From Neophaeotheca triangularis (taxonomy: Eukaryota): DNA of 64,000 nucleotides. Where the stretch lies: NCBI GenBank assembly GCA_054600435.1, contig BAAIJX010000005.1, positions 248,001 through 312,000 of the forward strand, written 5' to 3'. Positions 60,207 through 64,000 of this stretch are shown one piece after another (positions within the stretch are counted from its first letter, which is position 1; the number at the start of each line of letters is the position of its first letter). The translations under genes and the position numbers were made by a program. A model generated the notes under the pieces. The model worked only from the letters and a program-made list of their open reading frames with translations, ran no database searches and had not been told where the DNA came from.

Positions 60207-61126
60207 AGTTCAGACCGACTTCGGAACGGGTTGTTGCACACCTGCAAATGCCAATCGCGCGCTACTACCAGTACCTCTAGTCATCTTTCAATTGGCTGAT
60301 CTAGGTCCAGACTAACCGAGGGCTGCATTTTGACGAGATACTGCATAGGTACTGTGTGCTACCTACAGCGGCGTGAACCGAAGTGACCGGGGTGCCCGCA
60401 TACCAACGTAGGACCTCAGAACATTAATGTCACGTTGAAGTCGACCTCGTCCATAGATGGCAGGTAGCAGCCCCATGTCAGATCCACAAGCTTTCCTTGA
60501 CTCGTCAAAGCATACCTACATAGTAGGTACCGCAGACGATATCTCCCTAAGTGTACCCAAATTGCGCTTATTTGGTTCACAAAAAAATCGGTATCAGCCC
60601 TACGGTTGTCATCTCTTCCATTGCCAATCTTGCTGCTCTGTGGCTAGAGCTCACCACAATGATGAGCTGCTGAAGCGAGCAGGCAGGGGAAGGGCCTAGT
60701 CTAGGATAGACTTGATATGAGACGAGCATCCGACAACCGCGGTGAACAACTACTCGTTCAGTTCGTCTAATCCAATAGCCACGTCTTTGGCGAGTCGCTG
60801 CATGGGCTGAAAGTCATCCTGGACTGTGGACTTGAATTTCAACGTGCAGCAGACGCTAGAGGCCATGGCGATATGAAAGGGTGCAGCTCCACTGCGTACG
60901 AGGAGTGGCTGAATGTACTTCGACTGATGTTTCGAGACATAAAATGAGGTGAGGTTGAGAGAAGCCCGCCACGGGTGCTCCTTCTCAAGTTGCTGCTCCT
61001 GCCTGCCATGGAGAGGATTTGCCCATCCGCACCGGCTACCTAGGTACCTCGAACGCTATGTTCCGACCTCCAGGCTGCCATCTAAACCTGTTTCTCTTTT
61101 CTACTTCACACTGAAAGAAACTATCC

Positions 61127-62649
61127 ATGCCAGAGATGATGGAGCCTATTGCGAATAAGCCACTGCTCTCGCCAACCCTCCATATCGAGGCGTTGATCCG
61201 GACTGATCAGACATTCGGCAGGACTGCTACCGAGCGAAGGGGATGTGGGCAACAAGTCTCTGACTGGTTGCGGACAGCCTACGATGCAGTAGAAGTCGGC
61301 GATGTGTTGGATCTCATGCATACAGGATTCGACAGTGAGCGTCAGCGACGATGATAGGTTTGGGTTTGTCCCTTCCTGATGCTGATGGTTCCCCGACAGT
61401 TACTGGCTCCCCTGTGGATGAAGTAATTGTCTCAGGCTTCACAGGACCGTTGAGCCATGGCGACGAAGGCTTTTACAAGGTCGCGGAGTGTGCTCTGGAC
61501 GTAAAAGCCTACAGACTGCATCCTGCAGAAGAGAAGCACAACCAGCAGGGCCGAAGCATTCGTCAAAGCGACGAGACTCCGTCAATGCGCACACTGAACC
61601 TGCCAAACGTTGCTCTGCATGATGACTGGGACTCGCTGGTATTTGATAACGGCCTCGCTGACAGCCTTCTACGATATCTCACGCGCATGGTTAGCATCAC
61701 CCAGTCAAGTGACCTCAACTTTCGGAAAATGAACCTGAACCGTACTTGCTTGCTCCACGGCCCCCCCGGAAGCGGCAAGAGTACGCTTTGCCGCGCCCTG
61801 GCCCAGAAGCTCTCCATCCGTCTCGGCGATCAGTTCACGACCACTCTTCTAATGCAAATCGACACCAACGCCCTCCTGAGCAAGTACTTTAGCGAGAGCG
61901 GCAAGATCATTAGTGCGACATTCGATCGCATCCTTGAAACCGCGAAGGCAAACGACAATCTCGTATGCGTCGTGCTGGACGAGGTAGAAACCGTGGCCGG
62001 CTCGCGTGGCAAAGTGACTAGCGGAGGTGACTGCAGTGACAGCCTCAGGGTGAGTGAATCAGGAAGCTGAATCTAGTTCTCACGTACTGACTTCAAGACA
62101 TAGGCCACCAACCAGCTCCTCACGGCACTCGACAGGCTTCGCGATGCCAAAAACGTCTTCGTCTTGTGCACCAGCAATCTGATCGAAGCCATCGACCCGG
62201 CTTTTGTCGATCGGATGGATGTAAAGCAGCTCATCCCTTGTCCGTCCCCGTCAGCTATCTATGAGATTTTTCGCTCGTGCCTTAACGAGCTCATCAGGAG
62301 TGGCACCATCGAAACTGACGCCACACCAACTTCGCCTGACCCACCAAGCTCGCCGTTCGCGGACGGTCGCCCGGATGGACACCGGGCAAGCTCGCCATGG
62401 ACCGTCCTTGACCACGTTCCCGAATGGGCTGAGATGCGTGAGCGGCTTCCTTTGCAGCCAGATTCTCCGGGTAGCAAGGCATGGGCTCTGGCTCAGCGGT
62501 GCGTCGGCTTGAGTGGCCGTGCTCTGAGACGTCTTCCTGTGCTAGGCCTCGCTAAATATACTTGGGGTGGAGCTTGTTCACTGTCTAAGGCTGTTGCTGC
62601 GCTTACGGCGGCGGTGGAGCAGGAGTTGCTAGTTGTTGTCCGTACGTGA
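61127..62649 (+). CDS. PCH2: Pachytene checkpoint AAA+ ATPase Pch2/TRIP13 (introns ~61335-61399, 62050-62103)
   Basis: LP..LHDDWDSLVFD, NRTCLLHGPPGSGKSTLCRALAQKLSIR, LLSKYFSESGK, LDEVETVAGSR, DSLR|ATNQLLTALDRL, CTSNL..IDPAFVDR, GLSGRALRRLP. Confidence 0.93.
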
Positions 62650-62836
62650 GGGGCGATCAAGAGAAGCGAGTGAAAGAGGATGTGGAGCTGCGACTGATGC
62701 CAGGGGGAAAAGGTGGCTTGCTGGTGACTTGGTGGTTGGGGTTGCTGTCAGATCAGATGTCGGCGGGGAAAACCGTTCGCTCAGAACGCTTATACACTGA
62801 TCGCTAGAAATACAAGGTGCACTTGCAAAGTGCGTG

Positions 62837-64000
62837 CTATTCGTCTTCACTGCTTCCGCCGTCTTCTTCCCCTTCCTCCTCAGCAGCACCGACCTCAATG
62901 GTCGCATCGTCCTCCGTGTTGTTCGCATTGCCATCCATCACAAAAGCGCCGAGGCATGTGATGCGATCCCCTGTCTCTTGCGTGCCCACCAGCGAGCCGA
63001 CTTGCTTGAGTGCTGCACCCTTCTGAGAGTCCGTCTTCAAGAGCTCATCTGCCTGCAATGTCCACAGCCTCACTGCACCGTCGCTGCTGCCTGTGACCAC
63101 CAACAAAGACTTCGCGTTGCCTTCCTGAGCCGGAAGCTGCAAAGTCTCGAAATCCTTGACGCGACCACTCGTTCCAGCAGCAGTACCACCAAGCTGTGCA
63201 ACACAAGCGCATTGAGGTAGTTTGCCATCGCTACTGGCCGCAGTCGCCTCGGTAGAAAAGAAGAGAATGCGACCGTCCTCGGTAGAGACGGAAAAAACGC
63301 CTCCCTCTCCTTCCCCCAAACCCTCAACAAACCGCATCTGATGCCACTTCGTCGGCTGTGGCGCCTTGAAGACCGCTTTCGGCTCGGAGTCAAGACCAAA
63401 AAGCACCGCGCCTCTCTCAAAGCCCACGACGTAATTCTCTCCCGCCGCATCCCAGAGTACTCGCCTCCCCTCCCCACTACTGAACCTCCCCTCGCCTACT
63501 TGAGCAAGCAAGTCGCGGTCGAAATTCAAAACCCCGGCCTTTTTGCCCGTCATCAAGTTCCACAGCCTCATACACCGCTCACCCTTTCCCACGCTCAGCA
63601 TCAGCTTTTGAGAAGGGTGGATGGCGAAATCATTCACCCCAGCCGGGACCTCGCCGGGCCCTGCCGTGTCACCCGAAGGCCGGCCTTGGACTTTGGGAAT
63701 CGGGGCCTTGATGGTGGATAACACGGTCCAGTCTCGTGTCCGGGAGATGGCGACGGTGCTGTCCTCGGCGGAGCTGAAGAGCTTGCCCTTGGCGGGGAAA
63801 TGCAACCGCGTGACGGCGCGATCGTGGTGGACCAAGCTGCCGAGGGAGCGGTTCTTGGAATTCTCGACGATTGCGGTGCGGGAGAGGGAGGGAAGGGCTG
63901 GGCCGTTGTTCTGGGAAGCTTGCGGGGGCGCCGTGGAGATGCTGTAGAGGTTTATGCGCTCGTCGGCGCCGCCGGTGGCGAGGATGCGTTTGTCGGCTTC
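62837..64000 (-). CDS. MAK11: WD40 60S biogenesis factor Mak11/PAK1IP1 (5' part outside window)
   Basis: KRILATGGADERINLY, VNDFAIHPSQKLMLSVGKGERCMRLWNLMTGKKAGVLNF, GRVKDF, TGSSDGAVRLW, TGDRITCLGAFVM. Confidence 0.88.
   Translation of the reverse strand, partial: EADKRILATGGADERINLYSISTAPPQASQNNGPALPSLSRTAIVENSKNRSLGSLVHHDRAVTRLHFPAKGKLFSSAEDSTVAISRTRDWTVLSTIKAPIPKVQGRPSGDTAGPGEVPAGVNDFAIHPSQKLMLSVGKGERCMRLWNLMTGKKAGVLNFDRDLLAQVGEGRFSSGEGRRVLWDAAGENYVVGFERGAVLFGLDSEPKAVFKAPQPTKWHQMRFVEGLGEGEGGVFSVSTEDGRILFFSTEATAASSDGKLPQCACVAQLGGTAAGTSGRVKDFETLQLPAQEGNAKSLLVVTGSSDGAVRLWTLQADELLKTDSQKGAALKQVGSLVGTQETGDRITCLGAFVMDGNANNTEDDATIEVGAAEEEGEEDGGSSEDE

Overview
Gene-dense, intron-containing eukaryotic DNA from a filamentous ascomycete (Pezizomycotina; Dothideomycetes is my impression only). 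Introns are mostly short GT-AG with CTRAC branch points. I can support about 31 protein-coding genes, mostly core housekeeping: enolase, RPT4, COX23, PRP39, CSA/ERCC8, RRN10, TRM112, Rad60/Esc2, LSM6, HEL2, MCM7, MND1, a BEM3-like RhoGAP, CDC43, ERV2, a BCAT, RRS1, ZW10/DSL1, MGS1, PCH2 and MAK11, among others. Two are cut by the window edges. Several genes (COX23, LSM6, the SDR at the left edge) emerge only after manual splicing or translation. I saw no transposon, RNA gene, CRISPR array or secondary-metabolite cluster, and no clearly new multi-gene system. The most interesting signals are non-coding: (1) a perfect 10-bp palindrome TACCTAGGTA found at least 7 times, always intergenic; (2) an anomalous 447-nt intron in the U1 snRNP gene PRP39 with features of unproductive-splicing control; (3) a C-rich 5' to G-rich 3' polarity within many genes, including their introns; (4) a tandem basic peptide repeat on the ERV2 tail. 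Gene names come from motif recognition from memory, not database searches, and exon boundaries were inferred by hand.
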